Origin: Bacillota bacterium
GTDB lineage: Bacteria > Bacillota > Dethiobacteria > DTU022
Reading direction: 5' to 3'
NCBI GenBank assembly: GCA_029552125.1
Contig: JAKPEE010000128.1
Location: 6,609 to 70,608, forward strand
Length of the DNA: 64,000 nucleotides
This document shows positions 36,689 to 45,034 of this stretch, in pieces. The notes below the pieces were generated by a model. The model did not search any database, was not told where the DNA came from, and saw nothing but the letters and a program-made list of their open reading frames with translations. The position numbers and the translations under genes are program-made. Numbering within the stretch: position 1 is the stretch's first letter; each line of letters begins with the position of its first letter.

Positions 36689-36894
36689 TGATTTATCCTT
36701 CCATTGACGACCTTTTGGATAAGGTAGACAGCAAATATACCCTGGTAATTGCCGCGGCCAAGCGGGGGCGCCAGATCCGCGATGGCAGCAAACCGGCGGT
36801 TGAATGCCCTTCGCGTAAAGAGGTGACCATTGCTTTGCACGAAATCGCCGCCGGTAAGATTGAATACGAGCGCACGTGCAACGGCCTCAAGTAG
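36688..36894 (+). CDS. rpoZ: RNA polymerase omega subunit
   Basis: MIYPSIDDLLDKVDSKYTLVIAAAKRGRQI. The ATG shares one nucleotide with the gmk TAA. Confidence 0.85.
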   Translation: MIYPSIDDLLDKVDSKYTLVIAAAKRGRQIRDGSKPAVECPSRKEVTIALHEIAAGKIEYERTCNGLK

Positions 36895-36905
36895 GAGGTT
36901 TTACC

Positions 36906-38090
36906 GTGCAGAGGGTACTTTTGGGGATTACCGGGGGTATCGCCGCTTATAAAGCGGCGGAACTGGCCCGGCTGTTCATCCGTGCCGGTTACCCGGTCCA
37001 GGTGGTCATGACCGCCGCAGCGACAAAGTTTATTACCCCTTTAACCTTTGAGACCATTACCGGAAATAAAGTGGCCCTCGATCTTTTCGGCGGCCCCATT
37101 GAGGGGCGGGTGCGCCATATTTCGCTGGCCGATGGGGCCGAAATAATGGTAGTGGCACCCGCTTCGGCCAATACACTGGCCAAAATGGCCCACGGCATCG
37201 CCGACAATTTGCTGACCACCCTCTTCCTGGCGGTCCGGTGCCCGGTGGTGCTGGTGCCGTCCATGAACGAGGCCATGTACGCCCACCCGGCAGTCCAGAA
37301 AAATATACAAATGTTGCGTGATATGGGTTGCCACATTATGGAGCCGGAGGCGGGAGAGTTGGCCTGCGGGGTGGTCGGTAAGGGGCGCCTGCCGGATCCG
37401 TCCGATATTTTCTGCTTTGTCCGGGCCGTGCTGTCTCCCAAGGATTTTCGCGGGGTGCGGGCCCTGGTTACGGCCGGGCCGACACGGGAACACTTTGATC
37501 CGGTGCGCTTCATCAGCAACCCTTCCTCCGGGCGGATGGGGTATGCCATGGCCCGGGCTCTGTCCGAGCGGGGCGCCGCGGTGACCCTGGTTAGCGGCCC
37601 CTGCAGCCTGAACTGCCCGGCGGGCGTGGAGCGCATCGAGGTCTGCACGGCTGAAGAAATGTACCATGCAGTTTTAGCTCGTTTCGCAGAGTGCCACCTG
37701 GTGATTAAAGCTGCGGCTGTGTCAGATTTCCGCCCGGCCACGGTGGCGCCGCAAAAAGTTAAGAAAGACGCCGGGGCGGAAACAGTGCGCCTGGAAAACA
37801 CCCCCGATATTTTAAAAGAGCTGGGGCGGCGCAAGCAAAACCAGGTCCTGGTGGGCTTTGCCGCGGAAACGGAGCAGGCGGAAGCCCATGGGCGGGAAAA
37901 ACTGGAGAAGAAAAATTTGGATTTAATCGTGGTCAACGATCTTACTGCGGCCGGGGCGGGGTTTGCCTCGTTAACCAACCGGGTTTCGCTGATTAACCGT
38001 TCCGGCGCGGTGGAGCATCTGCCGCTGATGGAGAAAGAAACCCTGGCCCATCATATTCTGGATCGCATTGTGGCCTTGCTGCCGCGCTAG
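36906..38090 (+). CDS. coaBC: bifunctional phosphopantothenoylcysteine decarboxylase / phosphopantothenate-cysteine ligase
   Basis: GTG lies 8 nt after AGGAGG. VLLGITGGIAAYK, PASANTLAKMAHGIADNLL, ITAGPTREHFDPVRFISNPSSG. Confidence 0.9.
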   Translation: MQRVLLGITGGIAAYKAAELARLFIRAGYPVQVVMTAAATKFITPLTFETITGNKVALDLFGGPIEGRVRHISLADGAEIMVVAPASANTLAKMAHGIADNLLTTLFLAVRCPVVLVPSMNEAMYAHPAVQKNIQMLRDMGCHIMEPEAGELACGVVGKGRLPDPSDIFCFVRAVLSPKDFRGVRALVTAGPTREHFDPVRFISNPSSGRMGYAMARALSERGAAVTLVSGPCSLNCPAGVERIEVCTAEEMYHAVLARFAECHLVIKAAAVSDFRPATVAPQKVKKDAGAETVRLENTPDILKELGRRKQNQVLVGFAAETEQAEAHGREKLEKKNLDLIVVNDLTAAGAGFASLTNRVSLINRSGAVEHLPLMEKETLAHHILDRIVALLPR

Positions 38091-38716
38091 AGCGGCAGAT
38101 CCCATAATAGCCCCACCAGTCTTGGTGTAACCAGTATTTCTACCAGCGCTGCAATCATGAGAAGAATGGTGACCAGGGGCAGCACGGTTAAAGTTTCTTT
38201 CCAGATATAAATAAAGCTTTCCAGGCGGGTTTTCCCCGGCAGGGGCGAGGCTACACAATGATACCCGAATTTTAAGCCCAGGGCGCCGCAGAGGAAAAAG
38301 GCGAACAGCTCAAAGATGCCGTGCGGCGCTATCCCCAAAAGAAGCAGGGGCAGAAGCGGAAGCCCTGCGTCTGCGGCCTGGGAGGCGGCGGTGCCGAGCA
38401 TGGCGCCGTTAAATATCAGAGTCAGCATGGGCATAATTCCGGCCACAGCACCCAGAAGCAGCATTTGGGCCACGGCTAAAAAGTTATTCATAAACAAAAG
38501 CATTATACCGGTGGCCGGACTTTGTTCCAGGATAGTGGAAAACAGCTCCTGCAACTGCTCCATCTGGGTGCTGGTAAGCTGATCGAGCGGCTCAATGGGC
38601 GTTCCGGTTACGGCGTAGAAAAAGATACCGCTGAGGAGAAAAATGATTATGGCCATATACAGCCAGCTACGATTTTGCCTGATCACCTGTCCGGCCGGTT
38701 TAAACAGCGTAAACAT
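38087..38716 (-). CDS. SpoIIM/DUF95-like integral membrane protein
   Basis: 209 aa with multiple TM helices. GIAPHGIFELFAF resembles the PHGIFE(I/L)PA signature of the SpoIIM family. Confidence 0.55.
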   Translation of the reverse strand: MFTLFKPAGQVIRQNRSWLYMAIIIFLLSGIFFYAVTGTPIEPLDQLTSTQMEQLQELFSTILEQSPATGIMLLFMNNFLAVAQMLLLGAVAGIMPMLTLIFNGAMLGTAASQAADAGLPLLPLLLLGIAPHGIFELFAFFLCGALGLKFGYHCVASPLPGKTRLESFIYIWKETLTVLPLVTILLMIAALVEILVTPRLVGLLWDLPL

Positions 38717-38802
38717 GGCCTCCGCCTTTCAGATTGTTTCCGGCAGGGTCAGCCTGCCGGGATTAATCCAATCTTACCAGAAGATAATACTACGGTAAAG
38801 AT

Positions 38803-41007
38803 ATGCGCCAGTACGCCGAAATACTGATCGATTTAGTCAGTGATGCCGTGGACAGGCCTTTTCATTACCGCATTCTACCGCACCTGCAGGGAAAAGTGCA
38901 GCCGGGATGCATGGTGGCGGTTCCTTTCGGGAACAAGCGCTACCGCGGTTTTGTCCTGCGGCTGTTAAAGGCTCCCGAGGTAGCCGCGGTGAAAGATATC
39001 GCCGCCCTGGAGACAGCGGAACCCCTTCTCAACCACGAGCAACTGGCCCTGATTGCCTGGCTCTCGCACCGCTATTTCTGCCGTAAAATTGAAGCGCTGC
39101 ATGCCCTGGTTCCTGCTTTGCTGCGGCAGGGGCGCCGCCCGGCCCGGCTGCAGGTTTTTGCCCTGGCCCCCTGCATTGAGCCGGAAGATTTTAACCGGGC
39201 GCCGGCCCAGAGGCGGGCGGTGGAGATACTGAAAACCAGGGGGCCGCTGCCGCGCAGTGAACTGGCCCGCCTGGGTGTAAAAAGCCATGTCTTTCGCGTT
39301 TTAGAAGAAAAAGGCATTATCCGTGCTGTGGATGAGGTGGCGCTGGCGAAGCGGGAATCTGTCGCTGCTGTCACCCCCACGGAGCCGCTGCCGCTAAAGG
39401 AGAGCCAGCAGCACTGCTATGATCGGTTGATTGCCGCCCTGGACAGCCGGCGCTGCAGCAAGCTGCTCCTGCACGGCATCACCGGCAGCGGCAAGACAGA
39501 AATATACCTGCAGGGGATCGCCCACTGCCTGGCCCAGGGCCGAAGCGCCCTGGTCATGGTGCCGGAGATTGCCCTGACTCCCCAGATGATCGAGCTGTTC
39601 CAGGGGCGCTTTCCCGGGCGGACGGCGGTGCTGCACAGCCGGCTCACTCCCTCTGAAAAGAGCAGGCAATGGCTGCGCATCTGCTCCGGCGAAGCCGATG
39701 TAGTGCTGGGAGTACGCTCCGCCGGCTTTGCCCCCCTGAAGAAGCCGGGTTTGATCGTGCTGGACGAGGAGCATGACCACAGTTACAAGCAGGAAGACGC
39801 GCCGCGCTATCACGCCCGGGAGGTGGCCTGGTGGAGGGCACGCTACCACGGCGCGGTCCTGGTTCTGGGCAGCGCTACCCCTTCCCTGGAGAGCTATTAC
39901 GAGGTAGAGCAGGGAAAGGCCGGGCTGTTGCGGATGGAAACCAGGGTTACCCCCTACCAGCGCCCGGCGGTGCAGGTTGTTGACATGCGGCAGGAGTTGA
40001 AACAGGGGCACCGCCGTATTTTTAGCCGGCCTTTGCTGGAAGAGTTGAACCGCGTCCTGGAGCGGGACGAGCAGGCCCTTCTTTTTTTAAACCGGCGCGG
40101 CTTCGCCAGCTTTGTCCTTTGCCGCGAGTGTGGCTTCGTGGTCCGCTGCCCCTCCTGTGCTGTTTCGCTAACCCTGCACCTGGACCAGGATCACATGGTC
40201 TGCCACTACTGCTCCCACGAATCTCCGGTTCCGCAAACCTGCCCCTCTTGCGGCGGCATTCGCATCCGTTATTTTGGTGCGGGCACGCAGCGGGTAGAAA
40301 ACGAGGTTAAAGAGCTTTATCCCGGCGTGGCCTTAATCCGCATGGACAGCGATACCACCTCTACGCGCGGCGCTCACCAGCGCCTCTACCGGCAATTCCG
40401 CGAAGGAAAGGCGAAAATTTTAATCGGGACACAGATGATTGCCAAGGGCTTTGACTTCCCCAAAGTAACCCTGGTTGGCGTGATTACCGCCGATACAACC
40501 TTAAACCTGCCCGACTTCCGCGCGGCGGAGCGCACTTTTCAGCTCCTGACCCAGGTGGCCGGCCGTGCCGGCCGCGGCTCGCGGCCGGGCAAAGTAATTA
40601 TCCAGACCTATCACCCCGACCATTACAGCATCAAAACTGCGGCGGAGCAGGATTACGAAGCCTTTTACCGCCTTGAGCTGGAGAATCGCCGCCAGTTGGG
40701 CTATCCGCCCTTCAACGACCTGATCCGCTTCCTTTTCACCGGTACCGAGGAGTCCGCTGTCTGGGAAGCGGCCGCCTCCTTTACCCGGTTGCTGGAGCCT
40801 CTGCGCGGCCAGGTGGAGCTGCTTGGGCCGGCGCCGGCGCCGCTGCAGCGGTTAAAAACTTACTACCGTGTTCAAACTATTCTTAAAGGTAAGAAACTTG
40901 GCGCCTTGGCCCCGCGGCTGCGGAACGAAGCAAGGGCTTTCCGGATGACGAAAACGGAAACGCCGGTGCGCCTGGCGGTGGATTTCAATCCGCAGGTGGT
41001 GCTATAA
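38803..41007 (+). CDS. priA: primosomal protein N' (replication restart helicase)
   Basis: LLHGITGSGKTEIY, VLDEEHD, and the Zn-finger CRECG..RCPSC...CHYC...CPSCG. Confidence 0.9.
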   Translation: MRQYAEILIDLVSDAVDRPFHYRILPHLQGKVQPGCMVAVPFGNKRYRGFVLRLLKAPEVAAVKDIAALETAEPLLNHEQLALIAWLSHRYFCRKIEALHALVPALLRQGRRPARLQVFALAPCIEPEDFNRAPAQRRAVEILKTRGPLPRSELARLGVKSHVFRVLEEKGIIRAVDEVALAKRESVAAVTPTEPLPLKESQQHCYDRLIAALDSRRCSKLLLHGITGSGKTEIYLQGIAHCLAQGRSALVMVPEIALTPQMIELFQGRFPGRTAVLHSRLTPSEKSRQWLRICSGEADVVLGVRSAGFAPLKKPGLIVLDEEHDHSYKQEDAPRYHAREVAWWRARYHGAVLVLGSATPSLESYYEVEQGKAGLLRMETRVTPYQRPAVQVVDMRQELKQGHRRIFSRPLLEELNRVLERDEQALLFLNRRGFASFVLCRECGFVVRCPSCAVSLTLHLDQDHMVCHYCSHESPVPQTCPSCGGIRIRYFGAGTQRVENEVKELYPGVALIRMDSDTTSTRGAHQRLYRQFREGKAKILIGTQMIAKGFDFPKVTLVGVITADTTLNLPDFRAAERTFQLLTQVAGRAGRGSRPGKVIIQTYHPDHYSIKTAAEQDYEAFYRLELENRRQLGYPPFNDLIRFLFTGTEESAVWEAAASFTRLLEPLRGQVELLGPAPAPLQRLKTYYRVQTILKGKKLGALAPRLRNEARAFRMTKTETPVRLAVDFNPQVVL

Positions 41008-41013
41008 TGAAAC

Positions 41014-41065
41014 GGAGGTCGGAAGTCGGAAGTCAGAGGTCAGAAGCCAGAATTCAGGAGTCAGG
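41014..41065 (+). repeat. low-complexity GTCAGAAG-type repeat module
   Basis: GGAGGTCGGAAGTCGGAAGTCAGAGGTCAGAAGCCAGAATTCAGGAGTCAGG. A 19-nt core (GTCAGAAGCCAGAATTCAG) recurs in inverted orientation at 63927..63954. Confidence 0.6.
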
Positions 41066-41087
41066 TGCGGGGAAGCAGGCTTTGGTG

Positions 41088-41127
41088 CCCCCTCTCCCTA
41101 ACCCTCTCCCACCAGGGGAGAGGGAAT
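41088..41127 (+). repeat. REP-like C-rich/G-rich hairpin repeat
   Basis: CCCCCTCTCCCTAACCCTCTCCCACCAGGGGAGAGGGAAT, identical over 40 nt to 57028..57067. Confidence 0.8.
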
Positions 41128-41165
41128 GGCCGGGTTCCGGCGTTGGTTAGTAAATAAAGGTATTT

Positions 41166-41174
41166 TGTTATAAT
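41166..41174 (+). promoter_or_regulatory. extended -10 promoter candidate (TGtTATAAT) for def-fmt
   Basis: It lies about 105 nt upstream of the def ATG. Confidence 0.45.
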
Positions 41175-41280
41175 TTTTTCTCCTGTATCTTGCCTCCCTC
41201 CATAATTAAGGGAGTAGCTTAAATATAAAGTAAAGATGCAATAGCCTGTTAGACTGTCAGAAGTGGGAGGAAAAGCACAC

Positions 41281-41772
41281 ATGGCCTTGCGGCGGATTGT
41301 CACATTAAATAACAGTATTTTAAGAGAAAAGGCGCAGCCGGTGGCGAAAATTAACAGTGCCATTGTCAGGCTGCTGGATGATATGGTGGAGACCATGATC
41401 GAGGCGAAGGGCGTCGGGCTGGCCGCGCCGCAAATCGGCCTGTCAAAACAGTTAATTGTGGTGGATGCCGGGGATAATCACTATTTACAACTGGTAAACC
41501 CGTGCATTGTTGAAAGAACTGGAAGCTGCCTGGACGTGGAAGGGTGCCTGAGCATTCCCGGAATATACGGTGAAGTAGACCGTGCGGCCAAAGTGGTGGT
41601 AACAGCCCTGGATAAAGACGGAAAGGAAGTCCGTTTAGCGGCGGAAGGTTTTCTGGCCCGGATCTTGCAGCATGAAATTGACCATCTTAAAGGGATCTTG
41701 TTTATTGACCGGGCTGCGCGCCTGCTCGATCCCGAGGATCTACAAAATCAAGACCGGGAGGAGAAAAAATGA
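41281..41772 (+). CDS. def: peptide deformylase
   Basis: GVGLAAPQIG, EGCLSIPG, QHEIDHL. Confidence 0.9.
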   Translation: MALRRIVTLNNSILREKAQPVAKINSAIVRLLDDMVETMIEAKGVGLAAPQIGLSKQLIVVDAGDNHYLQLVNPCIVERTGSCLDVEGCLSIPGIYGEVDRAAKVVVTALDKDGKEVRLAAEGFLARILQHEIDHLKGILFIDRAARLLDPEDLQNQDREEKK

Positions 41773-42725
41773 AGCTAATCTTTATGGGGACCCCGGATTT
41801 TGCTCTGCCTTCCCTGGAGATGCTCCGGCAGAGCCGGCATTGCCTGGAAGCCGTGGTTACCCAGCCTGATCGCCCCCGGGGGAGGGGAAAAAAGGTTCTT
41901 TCCCCGCCGGTCAAAGAGTGGGCTCTCCGGCATGGCCTCCAGGTTCTTCAGCCCGGGTCCATTAAAGATGAAGCTTTTATTAACAGGATTAAAAAGATAG
42001 AGCCTGATCTCATTGTCACCGCCGCTTATGGCTGCCTTTTGCCCCCGGTGCTGCTGCAACTGCCGCCGCTGGGTTGTATCAATTTGCATGCATCGCTGCT
42101 GCCGGCGTACCGGGGCGCGGCGCCGATCCACCGCGCCATCATGGACGGGGCCACGGAAACCGGTGTCAGCATCATCATGATGGCCCCGGAGATGGATGCC
42201 GGTGATATTATCCTGCAGCAGAGCGAGCCGGTTTATGAAGGGGATACAGCGGGAAGCCTCCATGACCGGTTGGCGCAAAAAGGAGCTGCTCTGCTGCTAA
42301 AGGCCATCGAAAGGCTGGCTGACGGCAGCGCCGTGCTTACTCCCCAGGATCACGCGGCGGCCACTTATGCTCCGCCCCTGCGGCCGGAAGAGGAATTAAT
42401 CGATTGGAGCCGCAGCGCCGCGGAGCTTCATAACCAGATCCGGGGGATGAACCCGTGGCCTGGCGCATACACTACCTTCGACGGGAAGCGGCTTAAGCTC
42501 TGGCGCTCCAGGCCTGCCGGCATCAAAACAGGCGCCCCTTCTATTCCGGGGGCAGTACTGGAGATTGACCGGGAAAGCATGATCATTGCCACGGGAGCCG
42601 GTGCCCTGGCCGTGCAGGAGGTGCAGCCCCAGGGCAAGCGCCCCATGGCGGCGGCTGATTTCTGCCGCGGCTACCGCCTCGTCCCGGGAGCGGTGCTGGG
42701 GCAGGAGGCCGGTGAAAGAAGCTAG
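41769..42725 (+). CDS. fmt: methionyl-tRNA formyltransferase
   Basis: ATGA overlap with def. MKLIFMGTPDFA, NLHASLLPAYRGAAPI. Confidence 0.9.
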   Translation: MKLIFMGTPDFALPSLEMLRQSRHCLEAVVTQPDRPRGRGKKVLSPPVKEWALRHGLQVLQPGSIKDEAFINRIKKIEPDLIVTAAYGCLLPPVLLQLPPLGCINLHASLLPAYRGAAPIHRAIMDGATETGVSIIMMAPEMDAGDIILQQSEPVYEGDTAGSLHDRLAQKGAALLLKAIERLADGSAVLTPQDHAAATYAPPLRPEEELIDWSRSAAELHNQIRGMNPWPGAYTTFDGKRLKLWRSRPAGIKTGAPSIPGAVLEIDRESMIIATGAGALAVQEVQPQGKRPMAAADFCRGYRLVPGAVLGQEAGERS

Positions 42726-42754
42726 GAACTCCCACTTGATCGGAAGGGGTGCAG

Positions 42755-44176
42755 ATGCGGCAGCATAACCGGGTTAGGAAGCACACAACTCCCGCGGCAG
42801 GGCTAGGACGGGGGGGAACAGGCAGGCAAGAACCTCTTGCCGCCCGCGAGGCCGCCTTGCAGGCGCTGATGCGGGTGGAGCGGGATGGAGCTTACCTGAA
42901 CCTGGCGCTGCCCCCGCTGCTGTCAGGACTTTCACCCCAGGAGCGGGGGCTGGCTTCGCGGATCGCTACCGGCACTGTCCAGCATCTCAATACCATTGAC
43001 TGGGCCCTGAATTTATATTTAACAAGCCCCTTGCACAAGCTGACCCCCGCCATGCGCAACCTGCTTCGCCTCAGCGCTTACCAGTTATTATACCTGGACC
43101 GGGTGCCGGCTCATGCCGTGGTGGACGAAGCGGTGCGCCTGGCCCGGCGCTACGGGCATCGCGGTGTGGCCGGCCTGGCCAACGCGGTGCTCCGCCGCCT
43201 GTCCGCGCAGAAAGAAGATCTTCCCTGGCCGGATCCGTCCGCCAGCGCCGCGGAGTACCTGTCCCTGCGCTACAGCCACCCTTACTGGATGGTAAAACGC
43301 TGGATCGAGCGCTACGGGGTCACTGAGACGGAAAGTCTTTGCCGGGCCAACAACGAGGCAGTCCTTGTCTCCCTGCGTCCCAATACCCTGCGCACCACGG
43401 CGGGCCAACTGCATGAAAGGCTAAGCGCAGAAGGGGTGGAAGCCACTTTCAGCCCCCGTGTCCCGGGAATGCTTCTGGTGAACCCCCACAGATCCCTTGC
43501 CGAACTGGACAGCTTCAAGGAAGGGCTGTTCACCATTCAGGGTGAAAGCTCTGCCCTGGTGGCGCCCTTTTTAGATCCCGGGCCGGGGCAAATGGTCCTG
43601 GATCTGTGCAGCGCACCGGGGGGGAAAACGACGCACCTGGCCGAGCTGATGCTTGACAGCGGGGTGATTCATGCTGCCGACATTCATGCCCACCGGCTGC
43701 AACTGGTGCAAAGGGCGGCCCGGCGGCTCGGCTTATCTTCAATCCGCACCCTGGCCATTGACGGCCGGAAAATTGGCGAAGCCGGCCTGCCGCTTCAGCA
43801 GTGTATCCTGGTCGACGCTCCCTGCACAGGCCTGGGCGTCATTCGCCGCCTGCCGGAGCTGAAATGGCGCCGGCGTGAAGAAGAGCTGCCCCAGATGCAA
43901 AAACTCCAGCAGGAGCTGCTGGAAGCAGCGGCGGCTATGCTGGCTCCCGGGGGAAAACTGCTTTACAGTGTTTGCACTAATGAGCCGGAGGAGACGGCGG
44001 TTGTGGCCCGATCTTTTTCGGCACGGCACCCGGAACTGAAACTGCAGGCCGGGCCGGACCGGCTGCCCGGCACTCTGTCCACTGCTTTCGGCGAAGATGG
44101 GACGATAAACTTGCTGCCACACCGCCATGGCCTGGACGGCTTTTTTATCGCCCTCTGGCTCCGGCGATCCGGCTGA
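42755..44176 (+). CDS. rsmB: 16S rRNA (cytosine967-C5)-methyltransferase
   Basis: NusB-like N-terminus, DLCSAPGGKTTHL, DAPCTGLGVIRR, YSVCT. The alternative GTG at 42749 is too close to the SD. Confidence 0.85.
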   Translation: MRQHNRVRKHTTPAAGLGRGGTGRQEPLAAREAALQALMRVERDGAYLNLALPPLLSGLSPQERGLASRIATGTVQHLNTIDWALNLYLTSPLHKLTPAMRNLLRLSAYQLLYLDRVPAHAVVDEAVRLARRYGHRGVAGLANAVLRRLSAQKEDLPWPDPSASAAEYLSLRYSHPYWMVKRWIERYGVTETESLCRANNEAVLVSLRPNTLRTTAGQLHERLSAEGVEATFSPRVPGMLLVNPHRSLAELDSFKEGLFTIQGESSALVAPFLDPGPGQMVLDLCSAPGGKTTHLAELMLDSGVIHAADIHAHRLQLVQRAARRLGLSSIRTLAIDGRKIGEAGLPLQQCILVDAPCTGLGVIRRLPELKWRRREEELPQMQKLQQELLEAAAAMLAPGGKLLYSVCTNEPEETAVVARSFSARHPELKLQAGPDRLPGTLSTAFGEDGTINLLPHRHGLDGFFIALWLRRSG

Positions 44177-44287
44177 CATGGCGTTTTAAAAATGAGATTT
44201 CAGACGAAATTTGCTGTTCCGTTGTTGTTTTTCACTATTTTTGCTATACTTAAATTTGATCCAATAGCATACCCAGGGGGTGTTGTA

Positions 44288-45034
44288 TTGCAAGTTGTCG
44301 GCCTATCCAATCCAGGGCGAGAGCGTTCCCGCAATGAAGACAGCTATCTGGTGCGCAGTGAAGGCACTTTTTCTTTGCTGGCCGTGGCCGACGGCATGGG
44401 GGGGCATGTGGCCGGAGATGTAGCCAGCGCGCTTGCGGTAGCCACGCTGGAGCGCTGCTGGGATGACATGAACCGGGAAGAACTGAGCCGGCAGCAGATG
44501 ACTGCTGTGGTCAGGAATATGATTAACGAAGCCAACCAATCTATTTTAGCCAAATCTGCCGGCGATGCCGGCATGCAGGGCATGGGCACTACTTTAACCG
44601 TAGCGCTGCTCCACGGCCGCAACCTGGCGCTCGGCCATGTGGGAGACAGCAGGGCTTATTTGATTGAAGGAAACGAAATCAAGCTGCTGACAGAAGATCA
44701 TTCCCTGGTGGAGCAGTTAATCCAGCAGGGGAGTGTCACTCCCGAAGAGGCACAAATGCATCCGCAGCGCCATATCCTTACCCGGGCGCTGGGAACAAGC
44801 TCTGCCGAAATTGATTTAATGGAGCTGACCGTGCCTGAAAATTCGTCTTTGCTCCTATGCACCGACGGACTAACCACCCTGGTTCAAGATGACGAAATTT
44901 TAGATATTATCCTTACCTCGCAGTCCGACCCCCGTTCGGCTGCCGCAGCTCTGATTAACCTGGCCAACGAAAGGGGCGGCTTCGACAATATTACCGTGGT
45001 CTTGGCTACCGGTATCGGGAGGCATACGGGTTAA
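44288..45034 (+). CDS. prpC: PP2C-family Ser/Thr phosphatase
   Basis: A TTG at 44288 lies after AGGGGG. GLSNPGRERSRNEDS, VADGMGGH, LCTDGL. The upstream part of the ORF-track frame looks non-coding. Confidence 0.85.
   Translation: MQVVGLSNPGRERSRNEDSYLVRSEGTFSLLAVADGMGGHVAGDVASALAVATLERCWDDMNREELSRQQMTAVVRNMINEANQSILAKSAGDAGMQGMGTTLTVALLHGRNLALGHVGDSRAYLIEGNEIKLLTEDHSLVEQLIQQGSVTPEEAQMHPQRHILTRALGTSSAEIDLMELTVPENSSLLLCTDGLTTLVQDDEILDIILTSQSDPRSAAAALINLANERGGFDNITVVLATGIGRHTG

Noticed and set aside
36989-37978. 329-aa minus-strand ORF
   Set aside because: It is fully antisense to coaBC, which has clear motifs. It is a typical high-GC shadow ORF rich in Arg/Ala/Ser/Pro. The same reasoning rejects 37041..37667, 39394..40011, 45154..45780, 48848..49540, 50625..51215, 53268..53939, 55233..55772 and 31925..32656.
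44192-44287. N-terminal extension of the PP2C ORF (MRFQTKFAVPLLFF...)
   Set aside because: PP2C homologues start near ..GLS..G..R..NED. A TTG with an AGGGGG SD at 44288 fits that pattern. The extension is AT-rich and looks non-coding.
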